Positions 1-12,774 of a stretch of 64,000 nt of DNA are shown here, one piece after another. Position numbers and translations under genes: made by a program. The notes beneath the pieces were generated by a model, which was given only the letters and a program-made list of their open reading frames with translations, was not told the origin of the DNA and made no database searches. Position 1 is the stretch's first letter; every line of letters begins with the position of its first letter. Source of the DNA: Azolla caroliniana (Eukaryota > Plantae > Polypodiophyta); contig JBHGNT010000017.1 in the NCBI GenBank assembly GCA_043228905.1, positions 4,836,001 through 4,900,000 of the forward strand. The letters run 5' to 3'.

Positions 1-78
1 TAATATCATACTAGTTATTGTCAGCATATTTAGAGATACATCTGAATCGTAATATGTGAAATAATTGTTTCTATGCAG

Positions 79-1718
79 CTCGAAATTATGAAGCGATTGC
101 AAAGAGAAGTGTTTTCAGAATTGATGAAGTTAAGAGAGAGGCTAGAGAAAATAGAACAAATCCGCCGACCATCAGATCAGCAAGGCGGTGCCAAGACACG
201 TTTAAAAGGAGAAGCCAAAGCTGGTGTGGCATTTGTTTTGATTGATGATATTAGTAATAGTCGACAAGCAAGAGATGCTTTAGTAAATGCTGGGATGCAG
301 TCTGGACTAGATGTCTCCTTCACATTTGAGACTCGGTTTAGAGAAAGAGATACATTAATCACACAATGTGTTTCGGGTCAGGGTAGCAGTGTCGGTGATG
401 GCAGAGCCCTTGGGGGCTCTCTGGCTTTAGGAAAATTACAATATGTCACACATGTTAGCGATGACTTTTCTCTTTCGTTTGTGCCTCTTGGTGCACAAGG
501 CAAAGATGTGACAGAGATAATCAATGTTCTCCAGGTATAGTCTTATCTTACAACTTACATTGTACATTTGACTATACATCAATAGTCAATTTAAGGCTAC
601 ACATAAACCCAATTAGCAAATGTACATGGATGAGGACGAAACCTTCTTCCATAGAGTGAGTAGAAGTGAGAAGGTAGCTAACTCTTTATATATTCGAAAC
701 CCTAGGTCATGTCTAAAACACAGCTTTCCACACTATGGCTGCACACCCATAGTTCAACTCTACCCTTGGTTTGATTCCTAACACAAGTTTATTTAGCACA
801 TGTTCATTTATACCTCGTAACGCGTTATGGGATTATTTTCAGGCGATTTGAAATTGAATTTGTTGAATTGTCTTCTTCCAGGACAAGGGCCTCACCACTT
901 TTTCCAGTCAAGGACCGGCTTTATTTAACCATTGCAGGGGGTCTGCACTCGGAGCAACTGTGAGTGGTTCAATGTTTGCATTTTCTGTTGGACAATATCT
1001 GTCTGGATGGGGTAACCAGTCAAACACAACAGATCGTGGCACAACTGATTCTGGTGATCCATTGTGCCTCAGCACATTGGGTCAGTTGTTGATCCAGCCT
1101 ATAGAGGGTATTGTTGTATCAGTTTCTGGACTTGGTCGTTATTGGCCTAGCCCTCCTCTTCCATCATCAATGGGCCTCCATTGGAGTGAAATGGGTCCCC
1201 TTGTTATCCCAAAATTTCGTCCATGGAAGAAACACCAATCTCATGCTGCTTATCCAGATCCAATTGATGGATTCCCCTCTCATAGTAGTAGTCCAAGATC
1301 ACATTGGGAATCACCCAAACTCGAATATGGTATTGATTCATCGTCATGCAAAGGAACTTCATCGTTCTCATTTGCATTTTCAAGCTCGATGGATTTGAGT
1401 GAGAACATTAATGTTAGTGCTTGGGCACAAATAGAGAAAGGAGATTCACTTCAAGATTTAGACAGCGGGAACATTCAATGGGCTATTAATCTATCAAAAA
1501 ACTCAGGAAATGGTATTGATTGGGGAGCAAGTATTGGGAGCTGTCGGTCCGACTGTTATGGTTGGGATAGAGATAATTACAATCCACAACTTCAGATGGA
1601 GGCTTTTCTGAGAATAGATTGTGGGAAAGGTTTTACATTGCAACCGGGTTTACTGTATATTTCAAACAAGAGCACCCAAACTCCTGCATTTATTATTCAG
1701 TCACATTGGTCACTTTGA
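79..1718 (+). CDS. 5'-partial gene, At1g11320-like plant protein; predicted beta-barrel resembling cyanobacterial OprB/SomA-type porins
   Basis: Exons 79-534 (tgcag|CTC...CAG|gtatag) and 882-1718 (ttccag|GAC, in frame with ORF 960-1718), phase 0. LEIMKRLQREVFSELMKLRER and C-terminal MEAFLRIDCGKGFTLQPGLLY...QSHWSL match the conserved plant family as I recall it. Upstream exon(s) lie outside the window. Confidence 0.75.
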
Positions 1719-2481
1719 AGTGATAAATTTTTATGTGGTAGTCGTAAACATCATGGTGCTGTCTTGATGCATTTTGGTTTCTTTTATGTTAGTTGAATTG
1801 TTGCTGTTGCTGTTGATGTTATGAGATGAAAATTTTGAGTGACCTCTTTTTTCTATTCTCATTATGCGAAGAAGCTAGAGCATTGAGATTGAAAGAAGCT
1901 AATCTGGTGGAAGAATTAGGAGGACAAGAAATTGCTTTCAGCTCTGAGTTTTTTGAAGTCATTCTTAAGACATGCACGTTGAAGGTATACCTTGCACAAT
2001 TATTGTTTTTCATTGTGTTTTTTGGTACCTTGATATGTACATGTTGATCGAAGCCTCCTGGCATTCCTCATAATTTGACATTCTTGCATTATGAGGAACT
2101 TAATCCTTCAAGAGTTTCTACATCCTTCGAGAAGTTATGATAGGTATCAAAGTCCCCTTTCCCCTCTAGGAAATGTTTCATACTTACAACTTCGTTTTGT
2201 TGACACTTGGATATACCAAAATCTCAGAGCATGTCGAAAGCGAATTATGGGGTATTTTTCTAATTCTCGACACTTCGAAGGTGCCAAGTCTTTTCAATCA
2301 GATGTGGCAATCATTCCACTCATATGATACACTCATATGATTTGTCATGATAATATAAGACATCACAGATTTGCTCTAACGTTTGCATAAAGTACTATAA
2401 AACATAATAATGCGTGATGAATAGAGTGAGTGAGTGTGGTTGAGAGAGGGAGGGAGGGAGGGAGGGAATGAGTTTGCTCAA

Positions 2482-2620
2482 ATGCATGTAGCTTAAGTTG
2501 GTCAGATTGCATAGTGGAGACTAGGAGGTAATGGGTTCAGAACCTATATTCCACAATGGCGTCTAGTAAATGAAGAGGATATGCATAGTGTGAGTAGGGT
2601 AAGGTAATTACGATAAAAAA
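2482..2620 (+). mobile_element. tRNA-derived SINE-like repeat, single internally deleted copy
   Basis: A-box-like TAGCTTAAGTTGG (2489) and B-box-like GGTTCAGAACC (2534). Body CCACAATGGCGTCTAGTAAA and tail TAGGGTAAGGTAATTACGATA are shared with the array at 22234-22662. Confidence 0.6.
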
Positions 2621-2709
2621 AGAAAGAGAGAGAGAGTTCTTCTTGGAGACTTGAAATATAGACACAGAATACCCCTTGACAAAGTCACGAGCAGCAAGAA
2701 GGTTAGAGC

Positions 2710-2711
2710 TA

Positions 2712-2746
<35 letters not shown>

Positions 2747-2767
2747 GTACATATACATATATATACA

Positions 2768-2799
<32 letters not shown>

Positions 2800-2811
2800 C
2801 ATATATATACA

Positions 2812-2843
<32 letters not shown>

Positions 2844-2905
2844 CATATATATACATACATAAATACATACATACATACATACATATATATATGTATGTAT
2901 GTATA
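2710..2905. repeat. (TACA)n/(TA)n compound microsatellite
   Basis: Directly visible; source of the spurious MYVC/HTYI ORFs. Confidence 0.95.
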
Positions 2906-3099
2906 CCAAGCCTACCCTTATGATGATTAGCATTTTGTTGATTAGTAGTAGTGTTCTTAGCATTGCAATATTTCTTACTTTGAGTGCCCTACCTCTTTTG
3001 GGTTGGTGAGAAAAGAGTTCACATGGTCAAAGTATAGGGCTGTTGCACCGATGGTGGGTGGACGGGACGGACGGCACATAATAATATATATATAGCTAT

Positions 3100-3121
3100 G
3101 GGGTTTAGGGTTTAGGGTTTA
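3100..3121. promoter_or_regulatory. Interstitial telomeric repeat / telo-box (TTTAGGG) upstream of the PPR-DYW gene
   Basis: GGGTTTAGGGTTTAGGGTTT about 300 bp upstream of the ATG, following a TA-rich stretch. Telo-boxes are known plant promoter elements. Confidence 0.5.
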
Positions 3122-3288
3122 ATCTTGATATTCAGCAGGATGGGCCTTGCGTGGCGGCGGCAGTGGCGGGGCACGGGCAGGACGAGGCTTCGTCCAATAG
3201 GAGACGGACACGTGGCAGCCCATGGTCGAGTTCTATCCACAAAGGACCAGGTGGAGCAGAGTATCCCCCCCGCCCCCCTATCCCTTCT

Positions 3289-3331
<43 letters not shown>

Positions 3332-3411
3332 TCTGTCTTCTCTCTCTCTCTCGGACCACTCTGTTTTTTGTCTGAGTTGTGCCCGCGGAGAAGCGGAACA
3401 GAGGGGCGGCC

Positions 3412-6400
3412 ATGGCCATGGCGATTGCGATGGTCCCGCCTCCTTCGACGACCAACGACCCTCTGCTCGACAGCTCTTCTTACCCTTGCCTTCATTTGCC
3501 GATTCTACCTTCGCAGCCTCGCCTCTCCATCGCCTGCTACAGCATCTCATCGTCATCACCATCTTCTTCTGCTTCTTCTTCGTCCACCACTTCCTCCTCC
3601 CCCTCTTTTGTTGCCGACGGTGCGGGTTATCTAAATCACCCATTCATTCTTTTCTTGATGTTCCCCGTTGTGATCCGTTACTTCATCGTTTCTCCCTTTG
3701 TTGCTCGCAGAGAATGCTGTAGTAGACATGGCCGAGGATTTTGTTGGACGCCGTGTTCTGAGAGTGCAGAGGCCACAGAAGGTGAGGAGAGAAATTGAGA
3801 AGGAATGCCATTTTTGTAGAGCATTTATTTATCGTCTTCTATTGCTTTCTGCACTCACGAATGATGCCATTCGGTTCTCTGACCTTTATTGGGCATTTTT
3901 TACGGCTGGTTTTTTTTTTTTTTGTGCATATAAGTTTTCATGAAAACGTAAATTTATGCAGAGAAACAGTTAAACGTTTACGAGGAAAAAGGTATCAGAG
4001 TGTCTATGATGTTGGATTCTTGTGCATATACAGTGCACGATAGTCTACTTTTATGTAGAGAATTTGGAGTGTCAGGGAACATATGTTTGAAAATGAGCTG
4101 GTTTTGAATGTACATAGCTTTCACCGGAATCTATTTCTCAGTAGAGAAGCAGATACAGTTCTACTGGGTTACAGAAAGGAAAATATTTTGGAATACAATT
4201 TTTTCTTATGTTTTAATCCTGTTAGAATACAATCAATCTCTGGTTTTTTGTGAGCCCTGATGCATCCTGTGAGGTTTTCATTTTTCATGTGTATTTTGAA
4301 TGCCTATGGACAGAGAATGAGTGACATTGCAGTTACGACTATTAAGGAGGATGTTCAAGATTTGCCTCATTGGTCGAATAGATCATGGGTGGAAAAAGCT
4401 CGGGTGGAATTGGAGCAACAAGTGATCCTGTCAAATTTACAAATAAAATCTGCTGCAGTTAAGGAGCTAATCAAGAAGCTTGAAGCTCAAAACATGTACG
4501 ATCTCAGGTAAAACACATGTATTCTTTGATTATGCCATATGCTGTTGCGTGCATATGATGCAAAAGTATATATGCTTGAAAGCATACATGATGAATATAT
4601 ATATACACACAATGAAAAGCATGTATGGTAAATGGCATATATTTGAAGTTTTACAAATGATAGAAAGGCATCTACGATCAAAGGCAAACATTATCAGAAT
4701 GATTTCATTTATAGATATCCATTGCTTCCATTGTATTGTGCATACATAGGACAAAAAAGCGTGTGTAATGAAAAGTCTTATATGCTAGAAGACATACATG
4801 ACCATAATAAATTCACCTGTAGTTTTTGATCATTTCTTTGACGTTGCACATGTTCCCCTCCAATTTTCATTTCAATCCAGCTGGATGGCTGAAAGTAATG
4901 GTCTATTTATTTTTTGTTCTGGAGCTTTCAGCAATTTGCTCAATGATGACCAACAGTTTGATAAAACAGTCCGAGCACTTGATAGAATGGATAAAATGGA
5001 AATTCGCATCATTGTTGATGCATTTGCCCGTCTCTTACAAATTTGCATCACAGATAATAATCCAAATGAAGTATGCAATCTCTATGGTCTAGCTATGCAG
5101 TGTGGAGTAGAAGCTGATCCCTTTCTGGGGACAAATTTGATTCGAACATTCACATACTTTGGAAGCTTGAGAGAGGCAAGGAATGTATTCCTACATCTTT
5201 CAAAACCTGATGCATTCTCATGGAATGCAATCATAGTGGCACATTCTAAACTAGGGTATTTAGACAAAGTAATGGGCCTTTATCATGAAATGTGTAACTC
5301 AAGTGTTCAACCTAATAGCTATGTCTTAATCTCAGTGCTGAAAGCATGCTGTATGAAAGGGGAGGTAAAGATGGTGATGGAGGTTCATTCTGATATAATC
5401 AATCGTGGACTTGAGTCACATATGTTCATCGGAAGTGCTTTAATTGATACATATGTGAAATGCTCTCTACTAGAAGAAGCACTTGCTGTATTTCATGGTT
5501 TACCTTCACAGAATATAGTCACCTGGACAGCGCTTATTTCAGGGCACGCCACACAAGAACACTCTGAGGAAGCTTTGCAGCTTTTCATGCAAATGCAACA
5601 AGGGGGTCTACAACCTAATGCAGTGACATTCGTTGCAGCACTTAAAGCATGCTCAGATCTTGGAGATATTGAGCTCGGATATCTCATGCATAGCCAGATC
5701 ATTGAGGCTAGCTTAAGGTTAGACCTTGTACTTTCTAGCTCCATTGCTGATATGTATGCCAAGAGTGGACATTTCGATGATGCACATGCTGTGTTTGATA
5801 AGATGGAAAACCTTGATGTAGTTGCATGGAGTTCCCTAATCTCACGGTATGCTCAGCATGGTAGATGTGAAGAAGCTTTGCAGCTATTTTCGAGGATGTT
5901 GAGAAAAGGCATGGTTCCAGACTATGTTGCACTTGCCACTGTTTTGCAATTCTGCCCTTCTATTGCCGCCTTTGAGCAGGCTAAAGTGACCCATATGCTG
6001 ATTATCAAGGCTGGCTTTGAAGGAGAGCTACCCATTGGCAGTGCTCTAGTGAGCATGTATGCCCAATTTGGAGATCTCGAAGGTGCTTGTGCAACATTCA
6101 AGCAGTTGCCAAGGCATAGTATATGGACATGGAATTCAATGATTTTAGGATGCGCCCAGAATAACAATTTTACTCTAGCTTTGAAGTACTTACATGACAT
6201 GCATCAGGTGGGTATGGCACCCACTGGTATAATATTCCTCTCTCTCATGTCTGCGTGTAATTTTGGGGGCCTTTTAGATGAAGCTTGTTACTATTTTAAG
6301 TTGATGAAAGAAGCTGATGATGTTTTTGTCACAATTGACCACTTTTATATGTTATTAGACCTACTGGGGAGAATGTGTTTCTTGGACATGGCAGAAGACT

Positions 6401-7026
6401 TATTGGAAAGTGTTCCTTTTCAGCTGGATGACCAAGGATGGATGCTTTTACTCAATGCATGCCACATTCATGGTGTCATGGGTTTAGGTAGGAGATGCTT
6501 TGATTATCTGCTCAAAGGGTCGTCTCGCGTACATGATGCAGCATTTCTAATTATGAGAAGTCTCTATGAACAGGCCTCGAAGGAGGATGAGGCACTAGAG
6601 GTAGAAGAGTTGAGAAGAACTGTGATCACAACAAAATCAGAGTGTGCAAAAGCATTTATTGAAGTTGAAATGCAGGTTTATACTTTCACAGATCATGATG
6701 GGCTGCTAGTTCATCCACAGAAAGACAGTATTTTATCAAAGCTGGAAGCTTTACAGATAGACTTGATGAAACTGACACGAAGTAGCAAAGTGGAAGATGT
6801 CTTAAACGGATATAGTGAGATACTGGCTGTTGCTTTTGGCCTTCTTAACACACCTCCAGGCACAAAAATCAGAGTTGCAAAAAATCACAGGATGTGTGTT
6901 GGATGTCATAATGCTATGAAGATCATATCCAAGGCTGAGATGCGAGAAATTATAGTATCGGTGTCGAATGGAACCCGCGTTCACTTTTTTAGTGAAGGAT
7001 TTTGCTCTTGTAAAGACCTAATATAA
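3412..7026 (+). CDS. PLS-class PPR protein with E1/E2 and a degenerate DYW:KP-like domain; probable plastid transit peptide (RNA-editing factor family)
   Basis: Phase-consistent exons 3412-3619, 3711-3781, 4314-4507 and 4881 (or 4932)-7026. Ser-rich N-terminus, repeated P/L/S motifs (VTWTALISGHA, VAWSSLISRYAQHG), and C-terminus AKAFIEV...YSEILAVAFGLLNTPPG...RMCVGCH...CSCKDLI. Confidence 0.9.
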
Positions 7027-9842
7027 AGTGCAAAGATGATCCAGCTTTCTGAACATGACAGTATTAACATCTTTTATTGGGGTCAACATGGAAAATAGCA
7101 CATATTGCATGATTTGCTGATGACCCTCTAGAGAAAGAAGATGAAATTCAGATAAATAGTAAGGACAAAAAGATGCACACAAGGGAACTTCAAAGTGGGA
7201 AAATGGGCATTAATACATTCACTCTCAAACAATTTGTAAAACATGTATACTTTCTTTGACTTGTATATGTCATCAATGTTACCCCTGAGACTATTTATAT
7301 TGAAACCCTTTAAGATCCTAGGGAATCAATGTCAACACCTATGTATATGTGAATCCAGTCCGCTGGAAATGTTTCTTTACTAATCAGTCAAGTTTCCTAT
7401 TACATGCATGAAATAACAGAATATTATGAGTCCATTAGTACTAGTGAATATTTAGACTCCTGTTTTAAAGTATACCACATTTTCCATGGAATTGTGAAGG
7501 TCGAGGGAGGCAGTTGGGTATGATTGTGAGTGAGTTATTGGGCAAGGTGATACGAACAGCAATTTCCTGGGGTAACTAGAACAGGATAGTTGGAATGCAT
7601 TACTATGTTCTTTGAATTCAACACTATATTGGAAATTCAAATCAAACAAGTCGACAGCATGATGAATGTACAGTCCAAGTTTGCACATGACCTATCAAAA
7701 AGTTTTGCTTTAGAAAGGTCAAACAAATAATTATTTACCACATTACATATTAATGTGTAGATCTCAATAAAGAGAATCTAAACATGGAAACCATCAAGAA
7801 TGTTTGGGCTTTCTCAAAAATGATTGACTCCCACTTTTACAATATTGTTAAATTTTGTGAAGGCAGTTTCTAGATCTTGATTTAGGATTTACATTCCGTT
7901 ATTAATCATAGCTTATGACGTTAGTGATATTTTAGTGCTTCAGTTTTATTAAATTATACCATTCCTATTCTATTATAGGGGTGTGGGTATATATGTGTTC
8001 ATACACATCGACACTATAATCCTTATGAACACTTTGCAAATAGAATGATGTGGTAGTGTAAGAGATGACAACCCTGCCTAATTTTTTTATTTTTTGCATT
8101 CATTTTCATCACAAGACTTCATGGATGGTGGCTCTTTTGTTTTCCCTTTTCAATCCGTGAAATCACTTTTGATATAACCTTTTTCCATTCATAAAATATC
8201 TTGTGGTTCCTATTCCATGAAGTGGAATTTTTTTGATAATTTTTTGGGCTTAGCCACTTGGATTATTTAGTCAACATCAATGCAATTTTGAACTGTCAAA
8301 TTACTACACCACATACCTTTCAATCAAATGCTTCAAAAATAGACTAATTAAAATCAATCTTAGAATTGGAAAAAAACTTGTTTAAACTTTTGTACTAGAC
8401 ATGTTAACTACATCAATCAAATCAAAATGCATGTTTTAGACTTAGACAAAGAACTTGAGTTCAATTATAAGAAGCAAACAAATGTTTTGAGTTTTGAATT
8501 AGCTAGAATTTGTCTCTAGCACTAGAGTTCAATTGTGTTTCGTAAAACAAATTAGATTTCCCCTTATGTCTAGCACTTTTTCTCGAGTTTCTAGACATAC
8601 GCATTGACTTTCATAGTTTGCTCCATGGATCTTACTCACATTAAATTCACTTTGTTTAATAGAAAGTTTACATTTTGACAAATTTGAAGGATACATGAAT
8701 GCCATATACCACATGAAAGGATCCATGGTATATATTAATAGTCAAGGTTTCAGTTATCCATGTGTAATGACAAGATAAAAGTCATTAAGGTAGAATATGT
8801 ACATAATGGTTTTGTTATAGGTAAAATATATACACAATGACATGCCAAAGGATGTTATGTTAGAGAGAATGAGATGATTATTATGGAATTGTTAAATTGA
8901 AATGCCATTCAAGACTAACTATTTGATATATACAATAACATATGAATCTCACTAGTAAGGTCTTTATCTCCCTTATTCTAGAGTGCCTCAGAGTATACAA
9001 TATGTAAAAGAGTATTCTATGTTTAAAGGGTTAATTAAACAGAAGTGTGGGAATCACATTTCTATATGATGTTCAAATACAACTTGGCCATTGCTTGGCG
9101 CTAGGGGTATTGAGAAGCTTTGTAAGGTAAGGTATGTGGTGAGCTACGTAACTGATGATCAACCATTACTTTCTGTGACATAACTGATGTTTGAATACCC
9201 TTTGGGGTAGACTTGGGTATAAAGAAGTGGACATGGTTTATCCACCCACGAAGAAGTGACACTAGGATGGTTGGTTTGTTCATCAGAAAACAGGTAGTTT
9301 GCTACCTTTCGACGGAAAGCAAAGTACCAACAAAAAGAGCACAAATGGTATCGATAATGGAATGGGACCCAAGAGGTAGCATTATTTCGGTGGGGGTTGT
9401 TTAAACACGATGAACAGTCGGTCGGTATAGATATAAATTGTTGAGTTTTTTTTTGTCTCATTTTGGCTTTCATGATGTGAAGGAGATCCATGAGTTAGTT
9501 TTTTTTTTTGTTTTTTTGGGGTCTCATTTTTTGCTATCATTATGTATGTGAAGGAGAAGGTTTTGGTGAAGGAGATCCATTAGTATTTTGTTTTGATTAC
9601 AAAAAGCTATATATTATACACGTTTGATTGAATCATTCTCGAATGCGAATGCACGTATGGTTCATTCTATGTATATATACATACATATATATATATAGCT
9701 TTAAGCTTAAAGAAAGAAAGCAAAAAGATTGAAAGGAAATGGAGGGCCCGAAACTGAGTGAGACTTGTTGACATAGAGACAGAGAAGACAGAGAGGGAGG
9801 AAGAGACAGATGCCCCTAGGAAGGAAGCTTCCTTCGTTGAAT

Positions 9843-9876
<34 letters not shown>

Positions 9877-9980
9877 CTCCTCCTGTCTGTGATGTGAATT
9901 TCTGAAGAGCCCATCTTGTGAAGACCAGTAGAGGCACACAGAGAAAGACATAGAGAGAAGAAACAGAGTAACACGCAGGA

Positions 9981-12774
9981 ATGTCGCCTCCTCCTGTAAA
10001 ACGCATGGCGTATACCTTTGATGGACAAGGGAATGTGAAACAGAAAGAATGGGATCTAATCAGTACGGATCCTAGTCATAGTCATCATCAACAGCAACAG
10101 CAAATGCTTCACCCTAATGAAAGCTTTTCATGGTATCATGTAGAATTATCCAGGTCTCATACTACATTACCCACTGCGGCTCAATACCTTATAAGTACTC
10201 TTTGCCCTCCATTGAAGCTCCAAGATATACTTGCTCTTGCTAGCAATGGACCCTTTTGTGGATTCGTAGACGGTGCCCTCATTTTTAGAACAAATTCAGC
10301 AGGACCCACATCAAGCAAATACACACAAAAGCTATCGGCTCGCGTAACTCACAATTCGATAATAACTATTTCTCTTGGAAGAATCCCGAGGTTAGAATTC
10401 TCAACATTGGAGAAAAGGAGCTTCTTAACTGAAATTCCGAGCTTGGAAAATGATCCTACATCAGATCCAAATAGTTTTGTGATACAAAAGCATGTTCTTG
10501 AGTTCTATTTGATGAGAAACCACTTGGAAGATGTGAATCACCGTGTTCCAAGATCGATTTCAAACCTATTGGTCCACGTCATTGACACTCACATTGACCA
10601 CTTGCAAGATAATTTGACCCGCCTTGAAATGGACCTTGACCAGAATGAGCATGAGCTTGATATAGGTAACACCTAATTTCATTCTCATAGTGCACTCTTG
10701 GTAAACACTCGTTAGTGAATGATTGATGATTTTGTTTCAGTTTGAAACATTTTCAATGAATTTATATGCAATTTCTTATTTGATGCTGTTTTGATGTGCT
10801 TCTTGTTCTTGTGTCAAATCAGATTTGTTTCAGTGAATCATATGCAATTTCTTGTGTGACGTTTTTTTGTTGAATCTAAAACATTTTCAGTGAATCCATT
10901 TATAAGTTTTCTTAGGAGATCCTTTTCTTCTAATCAGAAACGTTTTCATTGAATCCATATATAATTTCTTGTTTGACAATTTTTTTGGTCAAATCTGAAA
11001 TTGAAACATTTTCAGTGAATCTATATATAATATATTGTGGTGTTTTTTGTCAGATCTGAAACATTTTTCATTGAATCCATACATGATTTCTTGCAGGTGG
11101 ATATATGGTAAAACAGAAAATGCTTAGTGATAGGTTATTCCCTAAGATGCAGCTCAAATTGCAACGACTATTACAGGCAAATCTCTTTTTGTCTTATTCA
11201 TAGGCAATCTAATCTTCCTAGCCCTTTGTTGGCATTGGAAGGGAATTTAAATGCCATGTCATCTATTAATTGTCTAGGTCATCTCGCATGCTGAGCAAGT
11301 TTTCCCAAGATTCAAGGAGAAGTTAGAGAGTAAGAACTGGTGTGCACTTGAAGATACGTTAACATTACAAACACTAGTTGGTCGGCTCCAAAAACAGAAG
11401 GAAAATGTTGGGTTCCTTGCCAGCCGAATAACAGCTCTTCAAGCTGGGTTGGATACCTGGCAATCGGAGCAGATAAATCGGAAACTTTACTACCTATCAT
11501 TCTTCTCTATAATATTTTTGCCATTGTCAATCATTACATCAGGTAAGTTCACTACTTATCATTCTTCTCATTAATATTTTTGCCATTGTATCCTTTATCC
11601 CATGCCTTACTACTCTGCTTTTCTGTTATTGGGAATATTTTGTTAATGCATAGGTCCTTCAGCATACATACTTCATGCTTGATTTGTCTTTCAACCATTT
11701 TCTACGTTTTTATGGTTGAACTGGCAGCATAGTTTACTTCAAGTAATCTCAGTTAGTTCAGAGATAGATGTAGAGGGTCAAGTGTTTAGGGCATCCTGGT
11801 TTGGCTGGTTTGGCTGGTTTGATAACCATGATTGAGTTCTTGTTAGCTTGTGTGTTTGTAATAATAAGGATCAAGTGTTCTCATCCTGTTAATGTATCTA
11901 AACTTTGTGATGGAGGAGATAATGATTGTAGTGCCCGTAACTCTGTGCACATCAACATAACTAAAGATGTGCGCATCATCATGAATTGAGATACTATAAT
12001 GTCTATATCCAGAAAGCTGATGCATTCATAAGCTTAAAAGTTACAATTATAAGGTTTGGTTTTTATCAAATAAAATGATGAAATAACCTATTTATCATCC
12101 CCAAATTGAAACAACTCTTGCTCGTTTACAATTCTCCAAAATTTTTACCAATGTATATCCAAACTAGGGGGTCTTTTGTCTGAAGGCTATATATGCAGAG
12201 CACTATGCACCAATAGAGATTTGTATTTTTTTCATATCTATGGTAAAAGTTGTCTTTTGCCGTCTTTTTTGGTTAATTATCTAATATTGGGAATTATATC
12301 GTGTGAAAGATGTGTATATCGTCATATTGGAAAAATGAAGGATCTTATTGAGATGCATTGCAAAAACAAAATACGGAATCTTATCATCACTTACATATGT
12401 GTGCTCTTATATATACATGAATAGTCATTATTTTAAACTAGGATTGTGGGATGTACATTCTACCTTGTTATAAAATGCATACACATTAATATTTGATTGT
12501 TTAGAATCACTAAAACGTTTTGAAGCTTATTTTAATAGCTTTCGGGATGAATGTTGGTGGTGTCCCCTGGACAGAGCAAAGAAATCCAGAACTCAAAGAT
12601 GGATTCCGGAATGTTCTTCTTCTATGCACAGCTATTCTGTTCTTACTCCTGGTTTGTTTTTCGGCGGCACCATTGTATAAAAATTTGAGAGCTCTTTGGA
12701 ATAAGAAGAGGAAATGGAAGGTCACACGCTGGAGTGTTTGTCACAGCAATGACTACATACCTGTTGAAAGGTGA
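9981..12774 (+). CDS. CorA/ZntB-like divalent metal (Mg2+/Zn2+) transporter family protein
   Basis: Exons 9981-10665, 11097-11176, 11278-11542, 12539-12774. Motifs WYHVEL, LQAGLDTWQSEQINRKLYYLSFFSIIFLPLSIIT and the GMN signature (FGMNVGGVPW), with two TM helices. Intron 2 is GC-AG. Confidence 0.9.
10735..11096. repeat. Degenerate ~60-70 bp tandem repeat filling CorA intron 1
   Basis: About six copies of CTGAAACATTTTCA(G/T)TGAATCCATATA..ATTTCTTG. The last copy provides the splice acceptor. Confidence 0.8.

Noticed and set aside
1826-2047. 73-aa ORF after the porin-like gene
   Set aside because: No recognisable motif and no ATG-supported gene structure; probably 3'UTR.
2537-2963. Multiple overlapping ORFs ([14 protein letters not shown])
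   Set aside because: Translations of a TACA microsatellite; the same applies to 35549-36070 and 61244-61889.
4798-4880. ORF-track start MTIINSPV for the PPR-DYW protein
   Set aside because: Intronic sequence upstream of the acceptors; the spliced start at 3412 gives a transit-like peptide.
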